Notes: generated from the letters alone by a model not told the origin. A DNA stretch of 64,000 nucleotides from an uncultured Eubacteriales bacterium (GCA_900545495.1 UQZJ01000001.1:22727-86726); one strand, 5' to 3'; numbered from the stretch's first letter, positions 17,280 to 27,054 are shown. Numbers and translations are program-made.

Positions 17280-18254
17280 ATGTGTACGGCAGCCACATAT
17301 CAGACCAAGCATTTCTATTTCGGGCGCAATCTGGACTATGAGCAGTCCTTCGGGGAGAGTGTGGTCATCACGCCCCGGAACTGGCCGCTGGCGCTGCGCC
17401 ACGGCGCGGCGATGGAGACGCACTACGCCATGATCGGCATGGCCCATATGCAGGACGGCTTCCCCCTGTACTACGACGCCGTCAATGAAAAGGGCTTGTG
17501 CATCGCGGGACTGAACTTCGTGGGCAACGCGGTATACGGGCGTCCGGAGGGCGGCCGGGAGAACGTAGCCCAGTTTGAGTTGATCCCGTGGCTGCTGGGA
17601 CGCTGCGCCACGCTGGCGGAGGCCCGGACGCTGCTGGCACAGGCCAACATCACCGACACGCCCTATTCCGCCGGTCTGCCCACGGCTCAGCTCCACTGGA
17701 TGGTGGCGGATCGCACCGGCTGCATCGTGGTGGAGTCGGTAGCGGACGGGCTCCATATCTACGACGATCCGGCGGGGGTGCTGACCAACAACCCGCCCTT
17801 CCCCACGCAGCTGTTCGCCCTGAATAACTACGCCCAGCTGTCGCCGGAGCCACCAGTGAACCACTTCGCGCCGGCGCTGCCTCTGACAACGTACAGTCGG
17901 GGCATGGGTGCCATGGGGCTGCCGGGAGATCTGTCCTCCCAGTCCCGGTTCGTGCGGGCGGCCTTTGTGCGGGCCAACTCCGTCTCCGGCGACGGCGCGA
18001 CGGAGAGCCTGAGCCAGCTGTTCCACATCCTCGGCTCGGTGGAGCAGCAGCGGGGCTGCTGCCGCTTGGCCGGCGGCGAATGCGAGCTGACACTGTACAC
18101 CGGCTGCTGCAACGCCGACCGGGGCGTATACTACTACACCACCTACGACAACAGCCAGATCACCGCCGTGGATATGCACCACGCCGATCTGGACGGGTGC
18201 GAGCCTGTCAGCTATCCGCTGGTCACGGAGCTGCGGCTGTATCAGCAGAACTGA
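17280..18254 (+). CDS. Choloylglycine hydrolase family protein (bile salt hydrolase / linear amide C-N hydrolase, Ntn-hydrolase)
   Basis: AAAGGAGG RBS. MCTAATY... places the nucleophilic Cys at position 2. Conserved blocks FGRNLDYE and NPPFPTQLFALNNY. Confidence 0.85.
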   Translation: MCTAATYQTKHFYFGRNLDYEQSFGESVVITPRNWPLALRHGAAMETHYAMIGMAHMQDGFPLYYDAVNEKGLCIAGLNFVGNAVYGRPEGGRENVAQFELIPWLLGRCATLAEARTLLAQANITDTPYSAGLPTAQLHWMVADRTGCIVVESVADGLHIYDDPAGVLTNNPPFPTQLFALNNYAQLSPEPPVNHFAPALPLTTYSRGMGAMGLPGDLSSQSRFVRAAFVRANSVSGDGATESLSQLFHILGSVEQQRGCCRLAGGECELTLYTGCCNADRGVYYYTTYDNSQITAVDMHHADLDGCEPVSYPLVTELRLYQQN

Positions 18255-18262
18255 AGCAACAG

Positions 18263-18295
18263 AACGAGGGGTCACGCATCGCGTGACCCCTCGTT
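18263..18295. terminator. Bidirectional terminator between convergent bsh-family and thioesterase genes
   Basis: AACGAGGGGTCACGC-atc-GCGTGACCCCTCGTT followed by TTTATT. Confidence 0.8.
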
Positions 18296-18730
18296 TTATT
18301 GTACCTCCGGCAGCTCCATCTGCTTCATGCGGAAGGTGTATACGCCGTCGGCGCACACCGTGCCGTTTTCATCCTCCACCCGCGCCCGGATGACGTGGAT
18401 GGTTTTCCCCATACGCACCGCCTCCGCATAGCAGGTCAGCCTGCCGCTCTTTGCGGCGGCCAGAAACCGCACCTCACAATTGACCGTGCGGCAAAAACTG
18501 CCCCGCGAGCAGGCCGCCGTCCCCGCCGCCTGATCCATCATCGTGCAGTACACGCCGCCGTGTACGATGCCCATGGGGTTCCAGTGCTGCGCCGTCAGCT
18601 GCAATTCGCTTCTCGCCCAGCCGTCGCCCACGGCCACCACCTGCATCCCGCCGATGGCGGCGTAGGCGCCCGCCTGATTGGCCCGCGCCAGCACCGTTTC
18701 ATACCATGCCTGTTTTTCCTGTTCTGTCAT
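18296..18730 (-). CDS. PaaI-family (hotdog fold) acyl-CoA thioesterase
   Basis: HGGV motif region ...MGIVHGGVYCTMMDQA..., about 144 aa. Confidence 0.8.
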   Translation of the reverse strand: MTEQEKQAWYETVLARANQAGAYAAIGGMQVVAVGDGWARSELQLTAQHWNPMGIVHGGVYCTMMDQAAGTAACSRGSFCRTVNCEVRFLAAAKSGRLTCYAEAVRMGKTIHVIRARVEDENGTVCADGVYTFRMKQMELPEVQ

Positions 18731-19539
18731 TGGTCATTTCCTTCCGTCAAGGGTGTCATCTCGCCCAGCACCACAAAGCGGTAGTTGTCCGCCTCATAGG
18801 AGCAGGTACACATACCCACAATGCGTCCGGTGGGGATGCCCCGCCCGGCGTTGAAGGTAGACTGGCTGATAAAGCGCGCCAGATCCGTATCGTTGAACGA
18901 GGTGTTGAACACCTCATGCTCGCCGGGGACGATCAGCCCCGCGAACAGATCCACCCGGTATGTCCCCGCGTTGGTGTACAGGTAGAAATACGGGTGGGCG
19001 TCGTAGTACCACTGCTGCTTGTACCCGGAGATGGAGGCGAACATGGTACCGTCCGCCATGTGGTGTCCGTACAGCATATTGCTCTGGGAGGTGAAGTCCC
19101 GGTTGGCGCGGGCGTCCAGAAAAATGGTGCCGTACACGCTGTAATTGCCATACAGGTCGTGGTGCAGGTAATAGTCGTTGTCGCCGTCGTAGGCGATGGG
19201 GTAGCTGATGGGCGTGCCCGGACTGTACACATACCCGATGATATCCCGGTAATGGGACTGCCACCAGCCCAGATCGATCTGCGCCGGCGGCGTAAGGCGC
19301 ATGGTTTTTTCCGCTGTCTCGGCAATGTCCGCCCGCAGCTGCTCCACGGCGGCGGACAGCGGCTCCGCCGCGGACAGTATGGCCTCCTCCGCCGCGCAGA
19401 CGCAGGCTCTGGTCGTGTCCTGCATCGACTCCGTCTCCCCTGCCGCAGCCGTTCCCGCTCCCGTAAGCGCCAGCACGCCCCACGAGGGCAGCCCCACCAC
19501 GGCGGCAGCCAGCACCAGCGCGATCCATCTCTTCTTCAT
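18727..19539 (-). CDS. srtB: Class B sortase
   Basis: N-terminal TM/signal. SrtB blocks YGHHMADGTMFASI and the catalytic Cys in GMCTCSY. Overlaps the thioesterase start (ATGA). Confidence 0.8.
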   Translation of the reverse strand: MKKRWIALVLAAAVVGLPSWGVLALTGAGTAAAGETESMQDTTRACVCAAEEAILSAAEPLSAAVEQLRADIAETAEKTMRLTPPAQIDLGWWQSHYRDIIGYVYSPGTPISYPIAYDGDNDYYLHHDLYGNYSVYGTIFLDARANRDFTSQSNMLYGHHMADGTMFASISGYKQQWYYDAHPYFYLYTNAGTYRVDLFAGLIVPGEHEVFNTSFNDTDLARFISQSTFNAGRGIPTGRIVGMCTCSYEADNYRFVVLGEMTPLTEGNDQ

Positions 19540-19673
19540 CGACTCGTCCCCCGCACGCAAAATATGGCACTATTATACGCGGCCTGTCGCCGCATCGTCA
19601 AGCTTCCCCGGAAAATTTCCCCACCTTGCCGGGACATTCGCCCTCCCGGAGGAGCCCTCCTCTCCCACGGACG

Positions 19674-19709
19674 GAAAAAGACCGCCGCGCAGAGCGCGGC
19701 GGTCTTTTT
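19674..19709. terminator. Bidirectional terminator downstream of PFOR
   Basis: AAAAA-GACCGCCGCGC-aga-GCGCGGCGGTC-TTTTTA. Confidence 0.8.
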
Positions 19710-19738
19710 ATGTGCCTTTATCCGTTGGCGGGTACGGC

Positions 19739-22700
19739 TTATTTGTCGTACATCTCCACCAGCTTCAGCAGGTGCTCGTAGCGGGCCTTGGCCTCGTCCT
19801 CGTTGCGCTGGAACAGCACGTCCGCACGCTCGGGGAACTCGCGGGTCAGGCGGGAGTAACGAGCCTCGTTCATCAGGAACTCCTGATAGCCGCCGGCGGG
19901 CGCCTTGGAGTCCAGCGTGAACTTCTTCTCGCCCTCGGGGTTGTAGCGGAACAGGTTCCAGTAGCCGCACTCCACGGCCTTCTTCATTTCCTTCTGGCAG
20001 TTCATCATGCCGCCCTTGATGCTGTGCATCTCGCAGGGGCTGTAGCCGATGATCAGGGACGGGCCATGATAGGCCTCGGCCTCGGTGATGGCCTTGATGG
20101 TCTGGGCGGGGTTGGCGCCCATGGCCACCTGTGCCACGTACACATAGCCGTACTGCATGGCGATCTCAGACAGGCTCTTCTTCTTGATCTCCTTACCGGC
20201 CGCGGCAAACTGTGCCACCTGACCGATGTTGGAGGCCTTGGACGCCTGTCCGCCGGTGTTGGAGTACACCTCGGTATCGAACACGAAGATGTTCACGTCC
20301 TGCTTGGAGGCGATGACGTGATCCAGTCCGCCGTAGCCGATGTCGTAGGCCCAGCCGTCGCCGCCGAAGATCCACATGGACTTCTTGGCTAGGTATTCCT
20401 TCTTGCTGAGGATGTCGGCAGCCAGCGTGCAGGCCTCGCAGTCGCACAGCAGAGCGCCCTTGGCCTTCAGCTCAGCGGCGTGCTCGGCAAGCTGCGGCAC
20501 GGCAGCCAGCTCCTCCACGGTGCAGATGCTCTCCTCCAGTGCCTTGACGTAGGCCTTGGTGGGCTCGGCGTTGGCGGTGCCGTCGTCCATGGTGTCCAGC
20601 CATGCCTGTGCAGCGGCCTTCAGCTCAGGACGGGCCCACTCCACAGCGATGAGCTGGCGGGTCTTGTCAGCCAGATCCTCGCGGATCTTGTTCTGGCCGG
20701 TGAACATACCCAGACCGTGCTCGGCGTTATCCTCGAACAGGGAGTTGCACCATGCGGGGCCGTGGCCCTCCTTGTTGGTGCAGTAGGGAGAGGTAGCCGC
20801 AGGACCGCCCCAGATGGAGGAGCAGCCGGTGGCGTTGGAGACATACATATGATCGCCGAACAGCTGGGTGACGAGACGGGCATAGCTGGTCTCGGCGCAG
20901 CCGGCGCAGGAGCCGGAGAACTCCAGCATGGGCTGCTTGAACTGGCTGCCCTTGACGGTGTTGTCCTGCATATCCTTCTTCTCGGCGACCTCGGCCACGC
21001 AGTAGTCGAACACATCCTGCTGGGCAAGCTCGCCCTCCTGTGCCACCATGGTCAGCGCGTTGACGGGGCAGGCGCCGATGCAGACGCCGCAGCCCATGCA
21101 GTCCAGAGGACTGACGGCCATGGTGAACTTGTACTCGCCCTTGCCCTTGCCGGCCTTCACGTCCACGATCTTGGCGGCCTCGGGAGCCTTGGCGGCCTCG
21201 TCGGCGGTCAGCGCGAAGGGACGGATGGTGGCGTGGGGGCAGACGTAAGCGCACTGGTTGCACTGGATGCACTTCTCGGCGTCCCAAGTGGGAACGGACA
21301 CGGCCACGCCGCGCTTCTCATAGGCGGCGGCGCCCAGCTCGAACTGACCGTCCACATGATCCACGAAGGCGGAGACAGGCAGGCTGTCGCCGTCCATCTT
21401 GCCCACGGGCTCCAGAATATCCTTGACCATCTTCACCAGCTCGGGCTTGCCCTTGAGCTGCTTGGGCTCCTTGGTATCCACGGCGTCGGCCCAGTCGGCG
21501 GGCACGTCGATCTTCTTGTAGGCGGTGGCACCCAGATCGATGGCCTTGTAGTTCATATCCACCACGTCCTGACCCTTCTTCAGGTAGGAGGCCTTGGCCT
21601 TCTCCTTCATGTAGGCGATGGCCTCCTCCTCGGGCATGACCTTGGCCAGAGAGAAGAATGCGGACTGGAGGATGGTGTTGTTGCGCTTGCCCATACCGAT
21701 CTTGATGGCCAGATCAATGGCGTCGATGGTATAGACCTGGATGTTGTTGCGGGCGATATAGCGCTTGGAGGCAGCGTCCATGTGGTGGTTCAGCTCGTCG
21801 AAGTCCCACTGGCAGTTAATCATATACACGCCGCCGGGCTTGACGTCCTGCACCATCTTGAAGCCCTTGATGACATAGCTGGGATTGTGGCAGGCCACGA
21901 AGTCCGCCTTGTTGATATAGTACGGGGAGCGGATGGGCTTGTCGCCGAAGCGCAGGTGGCTGATGGTGACGCCGCCGGTCTTCTTGGAGTCGTACTGGAA
22001 GTACGCCTGCACGTACTTGTCGGTGTGGTCGCCGATGATCTTGATGGAGTTCTTGTTGGCGCCCACGGTGCCGTCGCCGCCCAGACCCCAGAACTTGCAC
22101 TCGATGGTGCCCTCTGCGGCGGTGTTGGGGGCGTTCTCATCCTCGGGCAGGGAGATGTTGGTCACATCGTCCACGATGCCGATGGTGAACTGACGCTTCA
22201 TCTCAGCCTTCTTCAGCTCGCTGTACACGGCGAACACGGAGGCGGGAGGCGTATCCTTGCTGCCCAGACCGTAGCGGCCGCCGATGACCTGCACGTTGTT
22301 CATGCCGGCGTTGGCCAGTGCGGTGACAACGTCCTGATACAGAGGCTCGCCCTGGGAGCCGGGCTCCTTGGTGCGGTCCAGAACGGCGATCTTCTTGGCG
22401 GTGGCGGGAATGGCCTCGATCAGCTTCTCGGGAGCGAAGGGGCGGAACAGGCGGACCTTCACCAGACCCACCTTCTCGCCGTGGGCGTTCAGGTAGTCGA
22501 TGACCTCCTCGGCCACATCGCAGATGGAGCCCATGGCCACGATGACGCGGTCAGCGTCGGGTGCGCCGTAGTAGTTGAACAGCTTATAGTCGGTACCCAG
22601 CTTGGCGTTGACCTTGTCCATGTACTTCTCCACCACGGCGGGCAGCTCGGCGTAGTACTTGTTGCAGGCCTCGCGGTGCTGGAAGAAGATGTCGCCGTTC

Positions 22701-23359
22701 TCGTGGGAGCCGCGCATATGGGGATGCTCGGGGTTCAGGGCATGGCGGCGGAACTCAGCCACGGCGTCCATGTCGCACATATCCTTCAGATCCTCGTAGT
22801 CCCACACGGCGATCTTCTGGATCTCATGGCTGGTGCGGAAGCCGTCGAAGAAGTTGATGAAGGGAACCTTGCCGGACAGGGCAGCCAGATGTGCCACGGG
22901 GCTCAGGTCCATGACCTCCTGCACGTTGCCCTCGCACAGCATGGCAAAGCCGGTCTGGCGGCACGCCATAACGTCGGAGTGGTCACCGAAGATGTTCAGG
23001 GCGTGGGTGGACACGGTACGGGCGGAGACGTGGAACACGCAGGGCAGCTGCTCTGCTGCGATCTTGTACATATTGGGGATCATCAGCAGCAGACCCTGAG
23101 ACGCGGTGTAGGTGGTGGTCAGCGCACCTGCACCCAGAGAGCCGTGAACGGCGCCGGCCGCACCGGCCTCGGACTGCATCTCGACCACCTTGACCTTGGT
23201 GCCGAAGATGTTCTTCAGGCCGTTGGCGCTCCACTGGTCAACAAAGTCGGCCATGGGGCTGGACGGCGTGATGGGGTAGATGGCAGCAACCTCGGAAAAC
23301 GCATAGGAAACATGCGCTGCGGCGTTATTGCCATCCATGGATTTCATTTTTCTTACCAT
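19739..23359 (-). CDS. por: Pyruvate:ferredoxin (flavodoxin) oxidoreductase, single-polypeptide PFOR
   Basis: AAGGAGG is 8 nt upstream of the ATG. MVRKMKSMDGNNAAAH... is the PFOR N-terminus. Two 4Fe-4S ferredoxin motifs (CIQCNQCAYVCP, CMGCGVCIGACP) and a TPP-binding domain GDGW. 1206 aa. Confidence 0.95.
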   Translation of the reverse strand: MVRKMKSMDGNNAAAHVSYAFSEVAAIYPITPSSPMADFVDQWSANGLKNIFGTKVKVVEMQSEAGAAGAVHGSLGAGALTTTYTASQGLLLMIPNMYKIAAEQLPCVFHVSARTVSTHALNIFGDHSDVMACRQTGFAMLCEGNVQEVMDLSPVAHLAALSGKVPFINFFDGFRTSHEIQKIAVWDYEDLKDMCDMDAVAEFRRHALNPEHPHMRGSHENGDIFFQHREACNKYYAELPAVVEKYMDKVNAKLGTDYKLFNYYGAPDADRVIVAMGSICDVAEEVIDYLNAHGEKVGLVKVRLFRPFAPEKLIEAIPATAKKIAVLDRTKEPGSQGEPLYQDVVTALANAGMNNVQVIGGRYGLGSKDTPPASVFAVYSELKKAEMKRQFTIGIVDDVTNISLPEDENAPNTAAEGTIECKFWGLGGDGTVGANKNSIKIIGDHTDKYVQAYFQYDSKKTGGVTISHLRFGDKPIRSPYYINKADFVACHNPSYVIKGFKMVQDVKPGGVYMINCQWDFDELNHHMDAASKRYIARNNIQVYTIDAIDLAIKIGMGKRNNTILQSAFFSLAKVMPEEEAIAYMKEKAKASYLKKGQDVVDMNYKAIDLGATAYKKIDVPADWADAVDTKEPKQLKGKPELVKMVKDILEPVGKMDGDSLPVSAFVDHVDGQFELGAAAYEKRGVAVSVPTWDAEKCIQCNQCAYVCPHATIRPFALTADEAAKAPEAAKIVDVKAGKGKGEYKFTMAVSPLDCMGCGVCIGACPVNALTMVAQEGELAQQDVFDYCVAEVAEKKDMQDNTVKGSQFKQPMLEFSGSCAGCAETSYARLVTQLFGDHMYVSNATGCSSIWGGPAATSPYCTNKEGHGPAWCNSLFEDNAEHGLGMFTGQNKIREDLADKTRQLIAVEWARPELKAAAQAWLDTMDDGTANAEPTKAYVKALEESICTVEELAAVPQLAEHAAELKAKGALLCDCEACTLAADILSKKEYLAKKSMWIFGGDGWAYDIGYGGLDHVIASKQDVNIFVFDTEVYSNTGGQASKASNIGQVAQFAAAGKEIKKKSLSEIAMQYGYVYVAQVAMGANPAQTIKAITEAEAYHGPSLIIGYSPCEMHSIKGGMMNCQKEMKKAVECGYWNLFRYNPEGEKKFTLDSKAPAGGYQEFLMNEARYSRLTREFPERADVLFQRNEDEAKARYEHLLKLVEMYDK

Positions 23360-23514
23360 AACGTGCCTCCTTAAATAAATAGTCTTTTCAAAATTCCGCC
23401 TTCGCCCGTGCGGTACACAGGCAAAAGCACTCCCTCCCCGCCCTCCGCTGGCGGCCGGAAAGGAAGTTCATGCGAAAGCATCCCGTAACAAACGCTTTCC
23501 CGTCTGTATTGTTG

Positions 23515-23543
23515 ATAGTAACACAAACATTTTGCCCTGTAAA
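23515..23543 (-). promoter_or_regulatory. Candidate sigma-A promoter for PFOR, leaving a ~155-nt 5' UTR
   Basis: Minus strand reads TTTACA, 17-nt spacer, TACTAT. Confidence 0.45.
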
Positions 23544-23734
23544 CCTGATTTTTGTGATTTCTACTACTGTGAAACTTTTTTAGCGCCATGCACAAATTTT
23601 CTCATCTCATACCCGCCCGAAAGTGTCGTTCCGCGCAAAACGCCCGCCGCTTTTTTGAAAAAAGCGCTGTTCACCCATCGATTTTTATGATAAGATGAGG
23701 GGTGAACGACATATTGGAAGGGAGATGACGGCCC

Positions 23735-25249
23735 ATGGTGGTCACCGTGCGTTCTCTGGGACTCACCGGCATCCGCGGCTACGAGGTGTCGGTGGAGTGT
23801 TTTCTCTCCGGCGGGCTGCCCGCCTTTGATGTGGTGGGTCTGCCGGATGCCGCTGTCAAGGAATCGCGGGAGCGCGTCCGTGCCGCCGTAAAAAACTGCG
23901 GCGCCAAGTTCCCCGTCAGCCGGATCACCGTGAATCTGGCCCCCGCCCGTGTCCGCAAGGAGGGTACGCTGTACGACCTGCCCATCCTGCTGGGCATTCT
24001 GGCGGCGGCTGAGGAGCTGAAGCCTCTGCCGGAGGACGCCGCCTTTCTGGGTGAGCTGAGCCTCACCGGGGCGCTGCGCCCTGTCACCGGCGTGCTGCCC
24101 ATGGCGCTGTGCGCCGCCCGGCTGGGCATCAAGACCCTGTACGTCCCGGCGCAGAACGCCGCCGAGGCCACGCTGGCCGACGGCCTCACCGTCTACGGCG
24201 TGGAGGATGTGTCCCAGCTCATCGCCCACCTGAGGGGCGAGACGCCCATGACTCCCGCCGCCCGCTGGCAGCCGGAGCCCGCCGCCCGTCCTCTGCCGGA
24301 CTTTGCCGATGTGATGGGACAGGAGAATGTGAAGCGGGGGCTGGAGATCGCCGCCGCCGGCGGCCACAACGTGCTGCTCATCGGCTCGCCCGGCGCGGGC
24401 AAGTCCATGCTGGCACGGCGCATCCCCTCCATTCTACCCGATATGACCCGCGCCGAATCCCTCCAGACCACGGAGATCTACTCCGTAGCCGGCATGACCG
24501 ACGCCGCCCACCCGCTGGTGGATGTGCGCCCCTTCCGCAGCCCCCACCACACGGCCTCCACCGTGTCGCTGGCGGGAGGCGGCGGCACGCCGCGGCCCGG
24601 CGAGATCTCGCTGGCCCACAACGGCGTGCTGTTTCTGGACGAGCTGCCGGAATTCGACAAGTCGGCGCTGGAGACGCTGCGCCAGCCGCTGGAGGACGGC
24701 TTCGTCACCATCACCCGCGCCGCCGGGACGTTGACGCTGCCCAGCCGCTTTATGCTGGTGTGCGCCATGAACCCCTGCAAATGCGGATGGTACGGCCATC
24801 CCTCCGGCCGCTGCACCTGCTCGGAAAATCAAGTGGAGCAGTATATGCGCCGCATCTCCGGCCCCCTGCTGGACCGCATCGATATGTACATTGAGGTACC
24901 CTCCGTGGAGTACGAGGCCATGCGCCGCAAGGATACGCCGGAGTCCTCCGCCGTTATCCGGCAGCGGGTCAACGCCGCCCGGGAGGTGCAGAAGCAGCGC
25001 TTCGCCGGCACGGAGGTGTCCTGCAACGCCTACATGACCCCCGCCATGATCGGGCGGTACTGCCAGCTGGACGACGCCGGTGAACGGCTGATGCAGGGCG
25101 CCTTTGACCGGCTGGGTCTTACCGGCCGCAGCCACGACCGGATCCTGCGTATGGCCCGCACCATCGCCGATCTGGAGGGCAGCGAGCACATCGAGGCGTC
25201 CCATCTGGCGGAGGCCATCCAGTTCCGCAGCAGCGGTATCCTGAAATGA
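23735..25249 (+). CDS. comM: YifB/ComM-family Mg-chelatase-like AAA+ ATPase
   Basis: N-terminal Lon-protease-like domain, Walker A GSPGAGKS, and Mg chelatase ChlI-like C-terminus. 504 aa. Confidence 0.9.
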   Translation: MVVTVRSLGLTGIRGYEVSVECFLSGGLPAFDVVGLPDAAVKESRERVRAAVKNCGAKFPVSRITVNLAPARVRKEGTLYDLPILLGILAAAEELKPLPEDAAFLGELSLTGALRPVTGVLPMALCAARLGIKTLYVPAQNAAEATLADGLTVYGVEDVSQLIAHLRGETPMTPAARWQPEPAARPLPDFADVMGQENVKRGLEIAAAGGHNVLLIGSPGAGKSMLARRIPSILPDMTRAESLQTTEIYSVAGMTDAAHPLVDVRPFRSPHHTASTVSLAGGGGTPRPGEISLAHNGVLFLDELPEFDKSALETLRQPLEDGFVTITRAAGTLTLPSRFMLVCAMNPCKCGWYGHPSGRCTCSENQVEQYMRRISGPLLDRIDMYIEVPSVEYEAMRRKDTPESSAVIRQRVNAAREVQKQRFAGTEVSCNAYMTPAMIGRYCQLDDAGERLMQGAFDRLGLTGRSHDRILRMARTIADLEGSEHIEASHLAEAIQFRSSGILK

Positions 25250-25259
25250 GGAGCAGTCT

Positions 25260-25841
25260 ATGAACATCCCCGCCTTTCTGGTCTACTGCGCCATTATGGC
25301 CGTGACACCCGGCCCCAACAATCTGATGAGCCTGTATCTGGGCGCCTCGGGCGGTTCCCGCTTCTGGCGGTTCTTCGCCGGGAGCATGGCCGGGCTTTTC
25401 GTCAAGTGTGCCCTGTGCGGCCTTCTGAATGTGCTGCTGGCGGAAAAGATCCCGGCGCTGGTGCCATATCTCAAGTGGCTGGGCGCCCTGTATATGCTCT
25501 ATCTGGCCTTCGGCATGGTGCGCAGCGGTCTGAAGCCCGCCGGGGACGACCAGCGCTCCGGCGAGGGCAGCTTTCAGAGTGGCATCCTGCTGCAGGTCCT
25601 GAACGTGAAAAGCTGGGTGGCGGCACTGAGCATTTTTTCCGTGTACGTCATCCCCTTTACAACCGCCGTCGGCGCCATGCTGCTGGCGGCACTGGCCTTC
25701 ACCCTTTTCTGCGCGCTGGCGAGCCTGCTGTGGTTCGGCTGCGGCGCGGCCATACAGCGCCTCTACCGCCGCTTCCGTCTGCCGGTGAGCATCGTGCTGG
25801 CGGCCACGCTGGTGCTGTGCGCCTGGAGCGCGGTAAAATAA
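25260..25841 (+). CDS. LysE/RhtB-family amino acid exporter
   Basis: About 193 aa with 6 TM helices. N-terminal MNIPAFLVYCAIMAVTPGPNN is typical of the LysE family. Confidence 0.8.
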   Translation: MNIPAFLVYCAIMAVTPGPNNLMSLYLGASGGSRFWRFFAGSMAGLFVKCALCGLLNVLLAEKIPALVPYLKWLGALYMLYLAFGMVRSGLKPAGDDQRSGEGSFQSGILLQVLNVKSWVAALSIFSVYVIPFTTAVGAMLLAALAFTLFCALASLLWFGCGAAIQRLYRRFRLPVSIVLAATLVLCAWSAVK

Positions 25842-25875
25842 TACGACAAGTAAAACGACAAGGAGAAACCATACC

Positions 25876-27054
25876 ATGCACGAGATCATCCTGTGCAAGC
25901 TGGGCGAGGTAGTCCTGAAGGGACTGAACCGCCGCAGCTTTGAGATGAAGCTGATGAGCAACATCCGCCGCCGCACCCAGCCCTTCGGCAAATTCAAGAT
26001 CTACTCCCGCCAGTCCACCATCTATGTGGAGCCGGTGGAGGACGCCTGTGACATCGCCGGGGCCTACGCCGCCTGCAAGCAGGTGTTCGGCATCATCGCC
26101 ATCACCCGCGCCCTGCCCTGCGAGAAGTCCAAGGAGGCCATCTTCGACACCGCCAAGACCTATCTGGCCGGCGCCCTCACCGCCGCCAAGAGCTTCAAGG
26201 TGGAGAGTAAGCGCGCCGACAAGACCTTCCCCATGGGCAGCATCCAGCTGAGCCAGTGGGTGGGCGGCGCGCTGCACGACGCCTTCCCCCACCTGACGGT
26301 GGACGTCCACCATCCGGAGCTGACGGTGTATGTGGAGGTGCGGGAGGACGCGGCCTACGTCCATGGCCCTGCAGAGGCCGCTGCCGGCGGACTGCCGCTG
26401 GGGATGGGCGGCCACGCGGTAAGCCTGCTGTCCGGCGGCATCGACAGCCCCGTGTCCAGCTACATGATCGCCAAGCGCGGTGTCCAGCTGGAGATGATCC
26501 ACTTCGCCTCCCCTCCCTACACCAGCGAGCTGGCCCGGGAGAAGGTGCTGAAGCTGGCGCAGGAGCTGACGCCGTGGTGCGGCCGTCTGGCGGTGTTCAT
26601 CATCCCCTTCACCGAAATTCAGGAGGAGATCCGCCGCAAATGCCCGGAGGATCACTTCACCCTGATCATGCGCCGCTTCATGATGCGCCTTGCCGATATG
26701 CTGGCGCAGGAGCTGCGCTGCCGCGCCCTCGTCACCGGTGAGAATCTGGGACAGGTGGCCAGCCAGACCATGCAGGCGCTGGCTGTCAGCGAGGACGTCA
26801 CCACCATGCCGGTGCTGCGCCCCCTCATCGGCCTTGACAAGGAGGAGATCGTGAAGATCGCCCGGAAGATCGGCACCTTCGACACCTCTATCCTGCCCTA
26901 CGAGGACTGCTGTACCGTGTTCACCCCCCGCCACCCCAAGACCAAGCCCAGCGTGGAGGAGGCCCGGGAGTATGAGAGCGCGCTGGACGTGGAGGGTCTG
27001 TGCCAGCGGGCCATGGCCAACCGGGAGATGATCCGCGTCAAGCCCACATTCTAA
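25876..27054 (+). CDS. thiI: tRNA 4-thiouridine(8) synthase ThiI
   Basis: THUMP domain plus PP-loop SGGIDSPV. No rhodanese domain, which is the Firmicutes type. Confidence 0.9.
   Translation: MHEIILCKLGEVVLKGLNRRSFEMKLMSNIRRRTQPFGKFKIYSRQSTIYVEPVEDACDIAGAYAACKQVFGIIAITRALPCEKSKEAIFDTAKTYLAGALTAAKSFKVESKRADKTFPMGSIQLSQWVGGALHDAFPHLTVDVHHPELTVYVEVREDAAYVHGPAEAAAGGLPLGMGGHAVSLLSGGIDSPVSSYMIAKRGVQLEMIHFASPPYTSELAREKVLKLAQELTPWCGRLAVFIIPFTEIQEEIRRKCPEDHFTLIMRRFMMRLADMLAQELRCRALVTGENLGQVASQTMQALAVSEDVTTMPVLRPLIGLDKEEIVKIARKIGTFDTSILPYEDCCTVFTPRHPKTKPSVEEAREYESALDVEGLCQRAMANREMIRVKPTF

Noticed and set aside
14627-17296. 889-aa minus-strand ORF
   Set aside because: Antisense to pyk and proC.
20480-23374. 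964-aa plus-strand ORF
   Set aside because: Antisense to PFOR. Composition is Gly/Ala/Val/Leu-rich nonsense, with no RBS.
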